This document shows positions 29,101-39,225 of a stretch of 64,000 bases of DNA, piece after piece (the stretch's first letter is position 1; each line of letters begins with the position of its first letter). Origin of the DNA: a virus (Duplodnaviria > Caudoviricetes); IMG/VR virus record IMGVR_UViG_3300028591_000013, positions 1 through 64,000 of that record; one strand, 5' to 3'. Both the position numbers and the translations under genes were made by a program. Below the pieces are notes generated by a model. It did not search any database. It worked only from the letters and a program-made list of their open reading frames with translations, and was not told the DNA's origin.

Positions 29101-32100
29101 GTAAACGAACAAGATGCTATAACAGACAAGAAAACATTTATATATAATATGGAACGCTGGCTGGAACAAGATAGCACATATGGTGATCTTGCGGCCGGAG
29201 AAGTTCTTATTGGTATGGCGTCCAGATCTAAAAGCCCTATTGTACGTATAGTAGAAAAGATGGCTTCTGAAGCAGAATTTGAGACTAATAGAGAAGTTCT
29301 AAAGAAAGGAAACGAACTTGTAAGACTATATAATAAAATAAGACCATCTGGTTCTCAAATAAGTCCGCATAACTGGCAGAAACGTTTTATGGAGCTCGAT
29401 AGAAATGGTGTTTCTACTGGTTATTTTATACGAGAGCTTAATGAAGGGCAATTCTTTAAGGATAAGGATGAATATGAAGCCAAACTTAGAAGCGAGTTTA
29501 ATTTGACCGCTGACGAAGATGGTCATACTATATTTCCAGAAGAAGAGTTTACTAAAGATGATAGTATATATAATAAGTACAACGACAAGCTTGATGAATG
29601 GCTCGATGAACGTTGTGACAGACGATATAAACTGGAATACTATAAAGCTAGACGTAGACATCTTTCTCCAAAAACAATACAAGCTCAGAATAGAATACAA
29701 AGACAGATTGACCTTATTCTGGACAAATGTAGAATGGAATCTGGACTTGTAGACCTTTCTAAACTTACGTTGAATGAACGTCATCAACTCGAACAATACA
29801 GAAGAGAAAAACGTGACCTTGGTAGCCATTATATATTTACATATGGTAGTGATGGCATTCTTAGAGTAGAAGAGAAGGTTGGAGATGCTTTAAAGATGGC
29901 TGATGAAATCAGTGAATGGAATAAGTATATTACCGATAAGGTAAAATATAAGCCAGACTGGACAGCATTTAATAAGGCTATATCAGATATGCAAGCTGCA
30001 GGCGCTACTCAAGAAGAAATAGATTAGTTTAAACGAAATAATACAGTAATGCGTTTAACTCCAGAGTTTTATGATTTACTTCATAAAGTAGTAGGTAAAG
30101 CTGCAACAAGTCCTAAATTGGAATAGCTTAAGCATAGACATAAAGAGATTCTAAATGCGTTAAAGGAACGCCAAGGTGCAGTTGCTCATAATCTTTCTAA
30201 GCTAGGTTCTGGATTAAATACAGATTTGTCTGGTTGGAAAGAGTTGCATAGGCTCGAACAGGAAATGGCTGATGAAAAACGTAGATTAAAGGCAGCTGGA
30301 ATAAAAGGTCAGCCTGGAGAAATAGAATCTATGGGATTTTCCGAAGTAGCTACTATGTTGTATGTACCAGTAAGCGATACTGACCAATCTGCATTCTTAC
30401 CTACTCTTATAGAATAGTGGAGGTCTGCTGCAGTTTCTAATACAAATTTACATAATATATTTAACGAACTGTTTATGTATAGAGACGAGAAAGGTAAGAT
30501 GCGTTATCTAAACGCGTTTAAATATCTCACTCCGTTAAAGTACACACTTACAGTGAACGATAAATCTATTGATTGTATACAGTCTCTTCCTGGCAGCGAG
30601 TATTCAGAACTTGATGAATCTTCTCCTTTCGTAAACGAAAACTTTAAGAAGAATGGTAAATCTATGCAGGTTAAAGATATGTATAAGAATGAAAATTATA
30701 CAAATCTTACTGACGACGAAAAGACATTCTTAAATGCTCTATTAGGAGCTATGGATGAAGCTAATAGTAGAATACCAAACAAATCTCTTAATAGAGATGG
30801 AAGACTGCCTCAGATTAGTGGTAGAACTATGGCTGTTATTGCTAACACTATGATGGCAAAAGAATGGTCTACTGCTTTAAAATATCCATTCAGAAAGTTT
30901 GGTGTGAAGTACTCCGAAACAGATACAGACGTTACTACTAATATGGATTTGGCAAGACGTCCAGACGGCTCTGTTGTAAATAATATACCTATTAGATTTG
31001 TAGAAAAATTGCCAGATTCTTCTGTACAATCTACAGACGTACTCGGTTCTGTTATTATGTACTATGATATGGCATGTAATTACGCCAACAAGTCTAAGAA
31101 TCTTCCTACGCTAGAACTTATCAAATACGCAATAGATCCAGCACAAGCTAAGAATGGTAATAAAATGGATGACCAATACGCAAAAGTTGAGAATATACTT
31201 GACCAACGCTATTATGGAAAAGAAACTTCTTTTGGCTTTAACAGCGAAGAGAAGATAACTCCAGCTAAACAAAGAACCATTCAAGCTACAAAAACTATTA
31301 GGAATCTTGCAGCTGTGGCTATGCTTGGTGTAAACTTCACAACAATTGAAGTAGGTTATATTGATGCGTTATGCTCAATGATAGCTGACGCAGTAGGTGG
31401 AAAATACCTTACTGGTGTAGATATGCGTAAAGCTTTTGCTCAATGTATAGCGCATACAGGAAAAATGTTAAAAGGTATAGGAAATCCTGTAGTTCATGAT
31501 AAATTAGTTGCTTCTATGTAGTATAACTAGCTTAGTAGAAGCAATTCTGAAATATTTTCTTCAACAGATAAATTTAAGTTTGACAGGTTTGTACACGATC
31601 ATCTTCTGATGGGAGGTTATACTCTTGCGGATTACATGATAAACTCTATGATGCTTACTGCAACATATAATCATTATAGACTTATAAAAGATCCGAAAAC
31701 TGGTAAAGATAAATTCTTCTCTAAAACAGACGCAATCAACACATTTACTTCTCTTGGTTATACTGAAAAAGAAGCAATAAATCAATGGAAAGCATCTAAA
31801 ACTACTTTGTGGGATGCTTACGAAGAGAAAGATGGGCTGTTTGTAAAGAAAGCAGAATACGAGAATATAATTACAAAGAAGTTAGAAGATCAAATTGCTG
31901 GTAGACTTAGAGATAGAACAGCTATGTATAATGGTATTGTTCCTATGACAGAAAAGGCTAAAATGCAGTAGAATGTGTTCGGTTCTTTTGTAACTCTCAT
32001 GCGTAACTTTTATGTAAATACATATTGGGATAAGTTTAAAACTGGAGGAGACTACGTTGTTGAAGATGGAGATCATCATATAGGATGGACTTCGGAGTAT

Positions 32101-32913
32101 AAACGCGATGATTTAGGTCTTGTCAACTTAGAAACTGGCGAATTTGAAGGTGCTGTGTTTAAAGATTTCTGTAGAGGTATGTATAAATTAGCAGCAAATT
32201 ATAAACATGCGTTTAGAAGCGGATTTATGGACACGTTAACAGAATCTCAATCATACGCGGTCAAGAGATGTCTAACCGAAATAGGTACTATAACAGCTTT
32301 AATGTTTCTTATGTTATGGAGTGTAGCATTCGCACGTTCAAACAATTACGATGATGACAAAGATCCAGTATGGTTGTTAAACATAGCAGGACTTATACCG
32401 TGGAGAGATGAAAAATTCCTTACGTTTGATTTTGATAATGCTGATAAGAAGTTCTTCGACTTCCTCAGATGGAAATTGGCATTGCTATCAACAAGAGGAT
32501 TTACAGAAAGGCTTACTTCTTGGTGGCCACCAACCGTTTTAGAGTTGTTCACTTCTCCATCAACAGCAAAATCTTATTTGGACGACGTATGTACGATTTG
32601 GGACCTTAGTTTAGACATGTTCAGTCAACATGCGGATGATGAAATTAAGACTGGTGGATATAAACACATGACTCGAAGAACTCGTGACGTACTAAAACTA
32701 GGTTCTGCGTTTGGTGTAGATAACTTAGTAAGACAATGGCACACAGATGGTATAAAATCCACGTTTAATTACTATAGAAAACTTACTCCTACTAGTGCGA
32801 TTGTTCCATCTCAGTCAGAATGGAATGAGGAACATGGTTTAGGAAAACATGGCGGACAAAAATCAGAAAATAAATAGTTGAAGAAAAAGAAATCAAGTGG
32901 ATTTGCTTATTAA
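26185..32913 (+). CDS. Large virion/ejected polyvalent protein, 2242 aa, N-terminal ART-like and degenerate metallopeptidase-like domains (TAG=Gln)
   Basis: ATG 26185 (MSIICPNF…APNGAQSKLF); fragments 26353-31975 in frame 1; TAA at 32911; hydrophobic segment near the C-terminus. Confidence 0.8.
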
Positions 32914-32959
32914 CTTTGGCTATCTTGTAGATTGTTGTATTTAACCAATAAAACGAATA

Positions 32960-32992
32960 AAGGGGAGGCATTCATTTAGAATGCTTCCCCTT
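32960..32992. terminator. Bidirectional hairpin terminator at the late/early convergence point
   Basis: AAGGGGAGGCATTC-ATTTA-GAATGCTTCCCCTT 14-bp stem between convergent gene blocks, overlapping the stop of the - strand gene. Confidence 0.75.
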
Positions 32993-33455
32993 CTTCGTAT
33001 CCATCTTCCTCTGGTGCCCAGTCCTCTTCAGGAAGCACCAAAGGTTCAGGATGTTCGTACATTGTTCCAAGAAGTACGTTATTTGTTATCCACGCGTCGC
33101 TATGTCCCCAAAAATCTAAGATTCGCTGCTTTTGAGCTACAGATAATATTATATTACCATCCCTCAGATTTCGTATAGTTTTATCAATAGTAAAATAATA
33201 TACGATATATTGTTTTCCTTTAATACTAACTACACGTGTACCATATCGATTGTTAAAATGCTGTAACTTATAAAAACAAGTAGCAACATTTGGTTGTTTA
33301 CTTTCGGTATCATACATTAAAAACAAATGATTTGTAAGATATGGTTTGTTTATGTCTTCAAAATATGCATCAACAAATCCACTTTCATCCTCTATATCTT
33401 TTTTTGTAATATTAGGGTTTATTAGCGGAATTGCTAATTTCATTAGGTTACTCAT
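32976..33455 (-). CDS. Hypothetical protein, 159 aa
   Basis: Clean ORF, ATGA-coupled to the upstream nuclease gene; acidic C-tail. Confidence 0.75.
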   Translation of the reverse strand: MSNLMKLAIPLINPNITKKDIEDESGFVDAYFEDINKPYLTNHLFLMYDTESKQPNVATCFYKLQHFNNRYGTRVVSIKGKQYIVYYFTIDKTIRNLRDGNIILSVAQKQRILDFWGHSDAWITNNVLLGTMYEHPEPLVLPEEDWAPEEDGYEEGEAF

Positions 33456-34465
33456 AGGTTTAATGTTTCCGAGCCATCACCTTCATAATAAGCTCTACTG
33501 TGTTCCCATTTGTTGTTCTTCTGATGCCATGCAATAGTATCTAAAGCGTCATATATGGTATCCATTCTGGATTGTATCATATACGGTTCAACCTTGAATA
33601 CACGAATTTCATAACTACCAGTAGTATCTATACCGATAATATAGTATTCATAAGTCCAGTCTAAAGGTTCTTCTTTACACTCTTCTTCTAAATACCAATC
33701 TACAGCCATACTATAATAAGCAAGCTGTCTACAATAGTCATACATTTCTATACTATCTTCAAAGTGCCACAGCTTAGCTGTAGTCTTTAAGTCATAGATA
33801 ATAGCTTTCTTATGTTTGAAGTTTAATGTTAAACCATCTAACAACGATTTACATTGTACGCCTCTGCATTCCCAGTTTATATGAAATTCATGATACGTAA
33901 TATCTGAATCTGCAATAGTTGCAGACCCATTTTTATAGTCTGCCATATACTTATGTGGCCATACTATATACTGTGCAAGTTTATGACCATATATATTCGT
34001 CTTGATTTTCTCAAGCATCTTGTACTCAGAAGGACTGATTATCTGTTTCCTTTCAGGATCTTTTAGGTAATCTATATATTCCTTCAACGTAGAGGCTATT
34101 TTAAGGCCTTCTGACAGCATTTTATCTTCCGACTTTCCTGCTGTGCTATACGCTTCTTTATAAGCGCTTAGAATGGCTCTATTGGGCTCTATTTCAACGG
34201 TATTTGCTAATGCCTGACAGAACTTCTCCTGCTGTGCAGAAAAAGGTCTACTTTTGTCCCATACTACGTATGTCTTAAGGAACTCTTCAGGCTGCAACAG
34301 ATACATATGGATAAGACTTCCACGCTCCAACACAGGGTTTTTCTCCTCTGGAGGAGGATCTGTTAGCATTTTATGTAAATAGGCCGGTCCCTTCTGTAGA
34401 AACCAGCCTATGTTACTATTTGAGATACGAGTTAAATCCTCGTAATACGGTTTATCAATTACCAT
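33452..34465 (-). CDS. PD-(D/E)xK exonuclease (RecE/ExoVIII-like, DUF3799-type)
   Basis: ISNSNI…GSLIH…CKSLLD…IYDLKTT…YCRQLAYY motifs; start moved to MVIDKPYY. Confidence 0.8.
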   Translation of the reverse strand: MVIDKPYYEDLTRISNSNIGWFLQKGPAYLHKMLTDPPPEEKNPVLERGSLIHMYLLQPEEFLKTYVVWDKSRPFSAQQEKFCQALANTVEIEPNRAILSAYKEAYSTAGKSEDKMLSEGLKIASTLKEYIDYLKDPERKQIISPSEYKMLEKIKTNIYGHKLAQYIVWPHKYMADYKNGSATIADSDITYHEFHINWECRGVQCKSLLDGLTLNFKHKKAIIYDLKTTAKLWHFEDSIEMYDYCRQLAYYSMAVDWYLEEECKEEPLDWTYEYYIIGIDTTGSYEIRVFKVEPYMIQSRMDTIYDALDTIAWHQKNNKWEHSRAYYEGDGSETLNL

Positions 34466-34703
34466 CTTGTTTTGGTTTATGTTTCTCAACATATTTACGA
34501 ACACTGTCTCCGTCTTTCAGTACATTCTTGGAGAAATACCTTAAGAACTGTTTTAATTCTTCTAATGCTCCATCAGGAGTAGGATATTTCTTATACCCAA
34601 GTATAAATCCGAATGGAGTATCTGTATTAATACACCACTCCCATCCAGATGCAGTATACATAATAGACATTCTGACAATGTAGTTTGCTTCTTCTAAGCT
34701 CAT
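34455..34703 (-). CDS. Hypothetical protein, 82 aa
   Basis: Overlap-coupled with both neighbours. Confidence 0.65.
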   Translation of the reverse strand: MSLEEANYIVRMSIMYTASGWEWCINTDTPFGFILGYKKYPTPDGALEELKQFLRYFSKNVLKDGDSVRKYVEKHKPKQDGN

Positions 34704-35470
34704 TTTCGTGCAATATTAAGGTCGTTGAGCAATTCATCAAATGTAGCATCAGGATTATTCTGATGTTCTTCTCCGAATACTACAACATTATCGTACGAAA
34801 CAACGCTCATTGCACTACAACAGAACTCAGCAGCACCTTCTATAGACTCCTCTGTATCGAAATACTTTCGTAATACAGTTTTGACTATATCCTTATCTAT
34901 ACTCTTAAATGTACGCTTATAACGTATACGAGAGCATCGATCGTTCAGGTACTTATTGATTTCATTTTCTTCGTTTGCAGTACAAAGAATGAGTTTTTTA
35001 CAGGTAGGCTTAACACCATCGAAGAATCCCAAGAGAGCTGGCAGGTACCAGTTTTTATCAAGTTCATCCATAATAATGCATACATCATCACTGACCTGTG
35101 CAAAGAATGACTCTATATCACCTGCTCGCACAGTACCATTAATGACTATAATAGGTAGATTAGACTTCATAGCTGTCTTTTTAGCCATAAGAGTCTTACC
35201 TGAACCTTTAAGACCGCTAAACAGCACACCTGTAGTTAATTTATCGGTCTTATTATAAGTATTGACGATTTTGTCCATGAACTTCTCGTCTGATTCACTG
35301 AGATAGTAATCATCAGGGAATATAAACGGATCGATCTCGGATAGACACGGACTGTCCATCTGAGTATTATGAAGTTCATATATTTTACCAGCTTTTAACG
35401 TGTAGTTACTACCTGACGGTATCGGCATGATATTCTCGCCATTCTTTATAAAAGAATATTTACTTTCCAT
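34700..35470 (-). CDS. AAA+ ATPase
   Basis: Walker A GLKGSGKT, Walker B CIIMDELDK, sensor LCTAN, arginine finger DRCSRI. Confidence 0.85.
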   Translation of the reverse strand: MESKYSFIKNGENIMPIPSGSNYTLKAGKIYELHNTQMDSPCLSEIDPFIFPDDYYLSESDEKFMDKIVNTYNKTDKLTTGVLFSGLKGSGKTLMAKKTAMKSNLPIIVINGTVRAGDIESFFAQVSDDVCIIMDELDKNWYLPALLGFFDGVKPTCKKLILCTANEENEINKYLNDRCSRIRYKRTFKSIDKDIVKTVLRKYFDTEESIEGAAEFCCSAMSVVSYDNVVVFGEEHQNNPDATFDELLNDLNIARK

Positions 35471-35843
35471 TTTTGTTTTTAAGTTCTTCAATCATCTCGT
35501 TAACCTGCTTTTGGTTTCTAACCAAATAAAGCTTAGTCTTAGCGTGATGCTTGTGTAAATAATACTTAAATAGTTTCCAGCGTAAAGGAAACGAATCCCC
35601 CATAAGACCTTTGCATTCTACTATAAAACCTCGTCCAACGAAGTCTGGTAGATATGTAATAGGTCTTATTTTTTCGCCTAAAAATTCGAACTTTGGAAGA
35701 AGAGTAAAATGCTTTGGCTCATACTTAACAGGTATACCTGCTTTCATAAAAGCTTCATACGTATAGAGTTCGAGTTTGCTGCGGAAATGCAGCCCATACG
35801 CATCGACCTTCGTCGCATTCTTAACCCTTCCCTTAGATTTCAT
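35460..35843 (-). CDS. Small PD-(D/E)xK endonuclease (DUF1064 / endonuclease I-like)
   Basis: FRSKLE…YEP…YLPDF…IVECKG motif. Confidence 0.8.
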   Translation of the reverse strand: MKSKGRVKNATKVDAYGLHFRSKLELYTYEAFMKAGIPVKYEPKHFTLLPKFEFLGEKIRPITYLPDFVGRGFIVECKGLMGDSFPLRWKLFKYYLHKHHAKTKLYLVRNQKQVNEMIEELKNKNGK

Positions 35844-35991
35844 TTTTAAGAGTTATCTTAAAAGTGTTTGCATCCTCAATTAGTTTGTTGATTTCTTTTA
35901 CAGCTTTGTTAAATTCGTACTTAGCTATATAAAGACTTCCTACTAGACCAATTAATGTTCCCATCAGGGAACCTATTACACATGTTATCAT
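35833..35991 (-). CDS. Small membrane protein, 52 aa
   Basis: MITCVIGSLMGTLIGLVGSLYIAKYEFNKAVKE…; fills the gap between primase and endonuclease; below the ORF-track cutoff. Confidence 0.5.
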   Translation of the reverse strand: MITCVIGSLMGTLIGLVGSLYIAKYEFNKAVKEINKLIEDANTFKITLKNEI

Positions 35992-36961
35992 ATCTTTCTA
36001 CTGTTTTAGTTAACCAATCCTTTACAGCAAAGAACCCGTTAGCTTTAACAGCATCGGATACGTCCTTTGCTTTAAACTTTTTATGAACAAATATAGCATC
36101 TAGCTTATATTGCTTACTATACTGTCTAGCATTCTTCATACCAGCAACATCTCTGTCATATAGTATGATGATATGCTTCCATTTACTTCTCAGAGATTGA
36201 AGCGTGTCATCGGGTATGAAAGTAGTTTCGCTACTCGAAGATATTGCATTAAAACCCATTTCATATAGGCACATTACGTCTTTTAAAGATTTAGTAATAA
36301 TCAAAAGATTTCCACCGTCAGGATTCAGTTGTTCTAAACCTTGTACATGGCGCACGGTTAAGTTTGTCCTCCATTTAGTATACTTACTTGCTAGTGGTCG
36401 ATATATTTTAAACTTATCAAACACTTTGTATGCATACATAGGATTATCTTCTTTGTATACTCCTCTGACAATACTGTTGCAGAGAAAATACTTAATACTA
36501 AACACATTAAAATGACGCAACGTGTCTATTGAAATATGGAACTGTTTCCAATAGGCTTTATCAACCTCTGTAAATGGTTGACGAACTATTCCGATATCTG
36601 TTAGCCCTGAATCCACCGTTTTTACGTATTTTGGTTTAACCTCACCGCTCATCGGATTCATTTTTCGGACGATGCGTAACAGCTCTCGTTCAAGCTCTTC
36701 ACGAGTCTGTATTCCTTTATAAAGCTTCATAAACTTTATAGCGTTTCCAGACTCTCCAGTCCCATGATCCTTAAATAACAGATCTCCAGTCTTGCTAGGA
36801 AATATAGCGAAACTGGGGATCTTATCGTCTGGGCGCAAGGGACTGTTCATAAGTTTTCCAGGCTTAAATGAGCCTAAATAATAAGCATAGATGTCATAGT
36901 CGCTCACTTTCTCCAACAAGTCTCTAAGACTCATTGTGATAGCTGTTTTTGTACTATACAT
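35921..36961 (-). CDS. DNA primase (DnaG-like, TOPRIM)
   Basis: SPLRPDDKIPSF…FKDHGTG N-domain; IITKSLKDVMCL…LYDRDVAG…KDVSD TOPRIM. Confidence 0.85.
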   Translation of the reverse strand: MYSTKTAITMSLRDLLEKVSDYDIYAYYLGSFKPGKLMNSPLRPDDKIPSFAIFPSKTGDLLFKDHGTGESGNAIKFMKLYKGIQTREELERELLRIVRKMNPMSGEVKPKYVKTVDSGLTDIGIVRQPFTEVDKAYWKQFHISIDTLRHFNVFSIKYFLCNSIVRGVYKEDNPMYAYKVFDKFKIYRPLASKYTKWRTNLTVRHVQGLEQLNPDGGNLLIITKSLKDVMCLYEMGFNAISSSSETTFIPDDTLQSLRSKWKHIIILYDRDVAGMKNARQYSKQYKLDAIFVHKKFKAKDVSDAVKANGFFAVKDWLTKTVERYDNMCNRFPDGNINWSSRKSLYS

Positions 36962-36975
36962 AAGCTTAAGCTTTG

Positions 36976-37055
36976 TGGGTGCCAGGTGAGATTCGAACTC
37001 ACATTTCTATACAATATTAATTATGTATAGACGTTACCATTACCTTACTGACTCC
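36976..37055 (-). ncRNA. tRNA-like element with elongated anticodon arm
   Basis: Acceptor GGAGTCAG/CTGGCACC (one mismatch); T-arm GTGAG-TTCGAAT-CTCAC; anticodon arm CTATACA-TAATTAATAT-TGTATAG. Confidence 0.6.
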
Positions 37056-37065
37056 GTATTGATTA

Positions 37066-37383
37066 TTAATAAGGAAATAATTGTTCCGGATCTCTAAAAT
37101 CTTTTAGGAGATATGGAGATACATAATATTTTCCTATTTTATAATCTGCATATTTTACTGTTTTCTTTTGTAGATAAACTTTTGTGTTTTTATCTGTTAC
37201 TGGTATTAACCACCAATAATATATATCTAAATCATCTGTTGGTTTATTTCCAAATTTAGATACAAGGTTTGGAACAATATGTTCTTTTTCGAATTCAACA
37301 TAGTCTCCACGTTCTCCGTGTACAATTCTGTTATATCCTGTAGCAAATAATGTTCCATTTTTAAGAAATATATTTTCTTTCAT
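37066..37383 (-). CDS. Hypothetical protein, 105 aa
   Basis: MKENIFLKNG…RIVHGERGDYVE…QKKTVKYADYKIGKYYVSP; start trimmed because the longer ORF runs through a tRNA-like element. Confidence 0.75.
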   Translation of the reverse strand: MKENIFLKNGTLFATGYNRIVHGERGDYVEFEKEHIVPNLVSKFGNKPTDDLDIYYWWLIPVTDKNTKVYLQKKTVKYADYKIGKYYVSPYLLKDFRDPEQLFPY

Positions 37384-37386
37384 ATT

Positions 37387-37468
37387 TGCGGAGTTGGGCG
37401 GATTCGAACCACCCATATAACAGTTTGGCAACTGCCATATTGCAAACCTGCGTACATGTACAAACTCC
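37387..37468 (-). ncRNA. tRNA-like element (GCC-containing loop, long D arm)
   Basis: Acceptor GGAGTT/AACTCC; T-arm GGGTGG-TTCGAAT-CCGCCC; anticodon arm GGCAG-TTGCCAAA-CTGTT (8-nt loop). Confidence 0.55.
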
Positions 37469-37476
37469 TTAATTTT

Positions 37477-37767
37477 TTAATCTAATTCTGATATCAACTT
37501 TTTTACAACATCGTCCATTATAACATTAGTGATTTTATTTCCGTTATATAACATTAATGTGCACAGATAGAGATTGTGTTCATTCAAATAATGATGTGCT
37601 TCTATCTCTTTCCAAGTATCATCTATTACTATTTCTCTAATGTGTTCTGTTACTGCTATAATTTCGCTTTTTTTAACATGCGTAAATGTTGTTATAAATT
37701 GAATATCGCGCTTCTGGTTAACTGAAGCTTCTTTTACAGCAAATTGTAATCTTTTTAATGTTACCAT
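37477..37767 (-). CDS. Hypothetical protein, 96 aa
   Basis: AT-rich ORF between two tRNA-like elements. Confidence 0.65.
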   Translation of the reverse strand: MVTLKRLQFAVKEASVNQKRDIQFITTFTHVKKSEIIAVTEHIREIVIDDTWKEIEAHHYLNEHNLYLCTLMLYNGNKITNVIMDDVVKKLISELD

Positions 37768-37792
37768 ATTGATTATGTTTAAAATTAATAAT

Positions 37793-37873
37793 TGTAATCA
37801 GATGGGGAATCGGACCCCACAATCCGTCAACTATCTTGTAGTTGACCGTCATAACCTCTAGACTACTGATTTC
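37793..37873 (-). ncRNA. tRNA-like element with 7-8 bp anticodon stem
   Basis: Acceptor GAAATCAG/CTGATTAC; D-arm GTC-TAGAGGTTAT-GAC; arm GTCAACTA-CAAGA-TAGTTGAC; T-arm GTGGGG-TCCGATT-CCCCAT. Confidence 0.6.
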
Positions 37874-38612
37874 CAGAAAGTACTTTTACCATATTGAAAT
37901 TCTTGCAAGTATAATTAATAATTAAACCATAGTGTCGTTTAACCCACTACTATTACAATTACCTGGCCGCTGCTGTATAAACTCAGATTTCAACGATTTC
38001 TTCATTGTAACAACATTATTAATTAAATTTCAACTTAGGCATTCTTATCAGATACATCTGAATAGAATGTGAGGGTATTCAATGTATTTCCCTCATATCT
38101 CCTATATACTCTCTACACATTTATGAAAACTATTCTACAATTATAACTTCCACCTTGACCTTATCCTCGAAGTCGTTTTCAATTTAGCACGGTATTATCC
38201 TTACACATTATTGGTTAGTGCGTTTTTCATAAGCGATTGGGCATCTTTGTGTTCCAATGTAACTTCAACTTATTACTCTTGCTTAAAAGGACTTCCACCG
38301 TTTTAGGGAGATTCTACTATGGGATTTCTCGCCATAGCAACAACGACAAAGAAGTTTGTTAGGGGCTGACCGGATAGTTGTGATACGTGTACTTCGAACT
38401 TAATCTACTTATCTCCGCATCCTTTTCAACTCCAATCAGTCCTCCACCACTGACCATTGCGTGTGATTAGAACGATAAAGTTATATTCTCACACTTAATA
38501 ACTGAATGACGTTCTTTTTATTGGTTGTCAGCACCATTGACTGTTTGTTCTAATCTAATCGCCAGCAATACACTTTCGTGGGCTGTCAACGTGCGAATAT
38601 ACGCGTATTAAA

Positions 38613-39212
38613 TTAGAAAGGCAGGTCGTCAGCACCTGTAGAGTCTGCAGTCACCGGAGCACTGTTACCAGCGAGCGGGTCGTTAGGCTTCTCAACGTCA
38701 GCCTGTACGGGACGCTCCAGAAGATCGTTCTTCCAAAGCTTAATCTGCGACTCTGTTACACTCATAGGTTCAACAAAAATACCAAGACTAGATACTTTCG
38801 TATAACCGTTCTTGTCGTAAACAACCTTAAGGCGAAGCTTCTTATTGTCGATATTCTTATACTGTTCAAGGATACCCTTAGTCCAGTTAATCATTTCAAC
38901 GAATGAAGAGCCTTCAAATTCTGGTCGTAACCCAAGACAATCGATAACTTGTAGAATACGACCAAACTGCTGATCATCACGCTTCTGAAGGTCTTCATCA
39001 GTCTTGATCCACATGTTCTTCTCGTTCTTCCACTCAGTCATTGTTGCTGTCTGGCCATTTTCATTCTCAAAGACAATCTCCAAGAAATCACGACCATTAG
39101 GAGTCTTATTTACGTTAACTTCTTTCAAAGTTACATTCTCGTTGATGCCTACAGGCATATATGAACTACTAAACTCAGTATTGTTTGTAGTTGCTGTTTT
39201 TGTACTATACAT
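38613..39212 (-). CDS. Putative single-stranded DNA-binding protein
   Basis: Acidic C-tail …TGADDLPF; directly downstream of the Sak4-like ATPase, a common pairing. Confidence 0.65.
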   Translation of the reverse strand: MYSTKTATTNNTEFSSSYMPVGINENVTLKEVNVNKTPNGRDFLEIVFENENGQTATMTEWKNEKNMWIKTDEDLQKRDDQQFGRILQVIDCLGLRPEFEGSSFVEMINWTKGILEQYKNIDNKKLRLKVVYDKNGYTKVSSLGIFVEPMSVTESQIKLWKNDLLERPVQADVEKPNDPLAGNSAPVTADSTGADDLPF

Positions 39213-39225
39213 AGTTCCTTAAATT

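Noticed and set aside
409-32552. Short - strand ORFs in the late region (and + strand ORFs in 33-64 kb)
   Set aside because: Antisense shadows of real genes, with no motifs or plausible starts.
1-32913. Fragmented + strand ORFs read as pseudogenes or many small genes
   Set aside because: Fragments stay in one frame per gene, breaks are TAG, and catalytic motifs are intact. This indicates recoding, not decay.
32911-32918. Bacteroidota -7 promoter motif TAACTTTG
   Set aside because: It overlaps a stop codon and points into a terminator; likely chance.
36976-37055. Ochre (UUA) suppressor tRNA
   Set aside because: TTA sits in an AATTAAT loop lacking Y32/U33 on an over-long stem, and TAA is the main stop codon throughout.
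37384-37431. N-terminal extension MPNCYMGGSNPPNSAN of the 37066 ORF
   Set aside because: It is the translated T-arm of a tRNA-like element.
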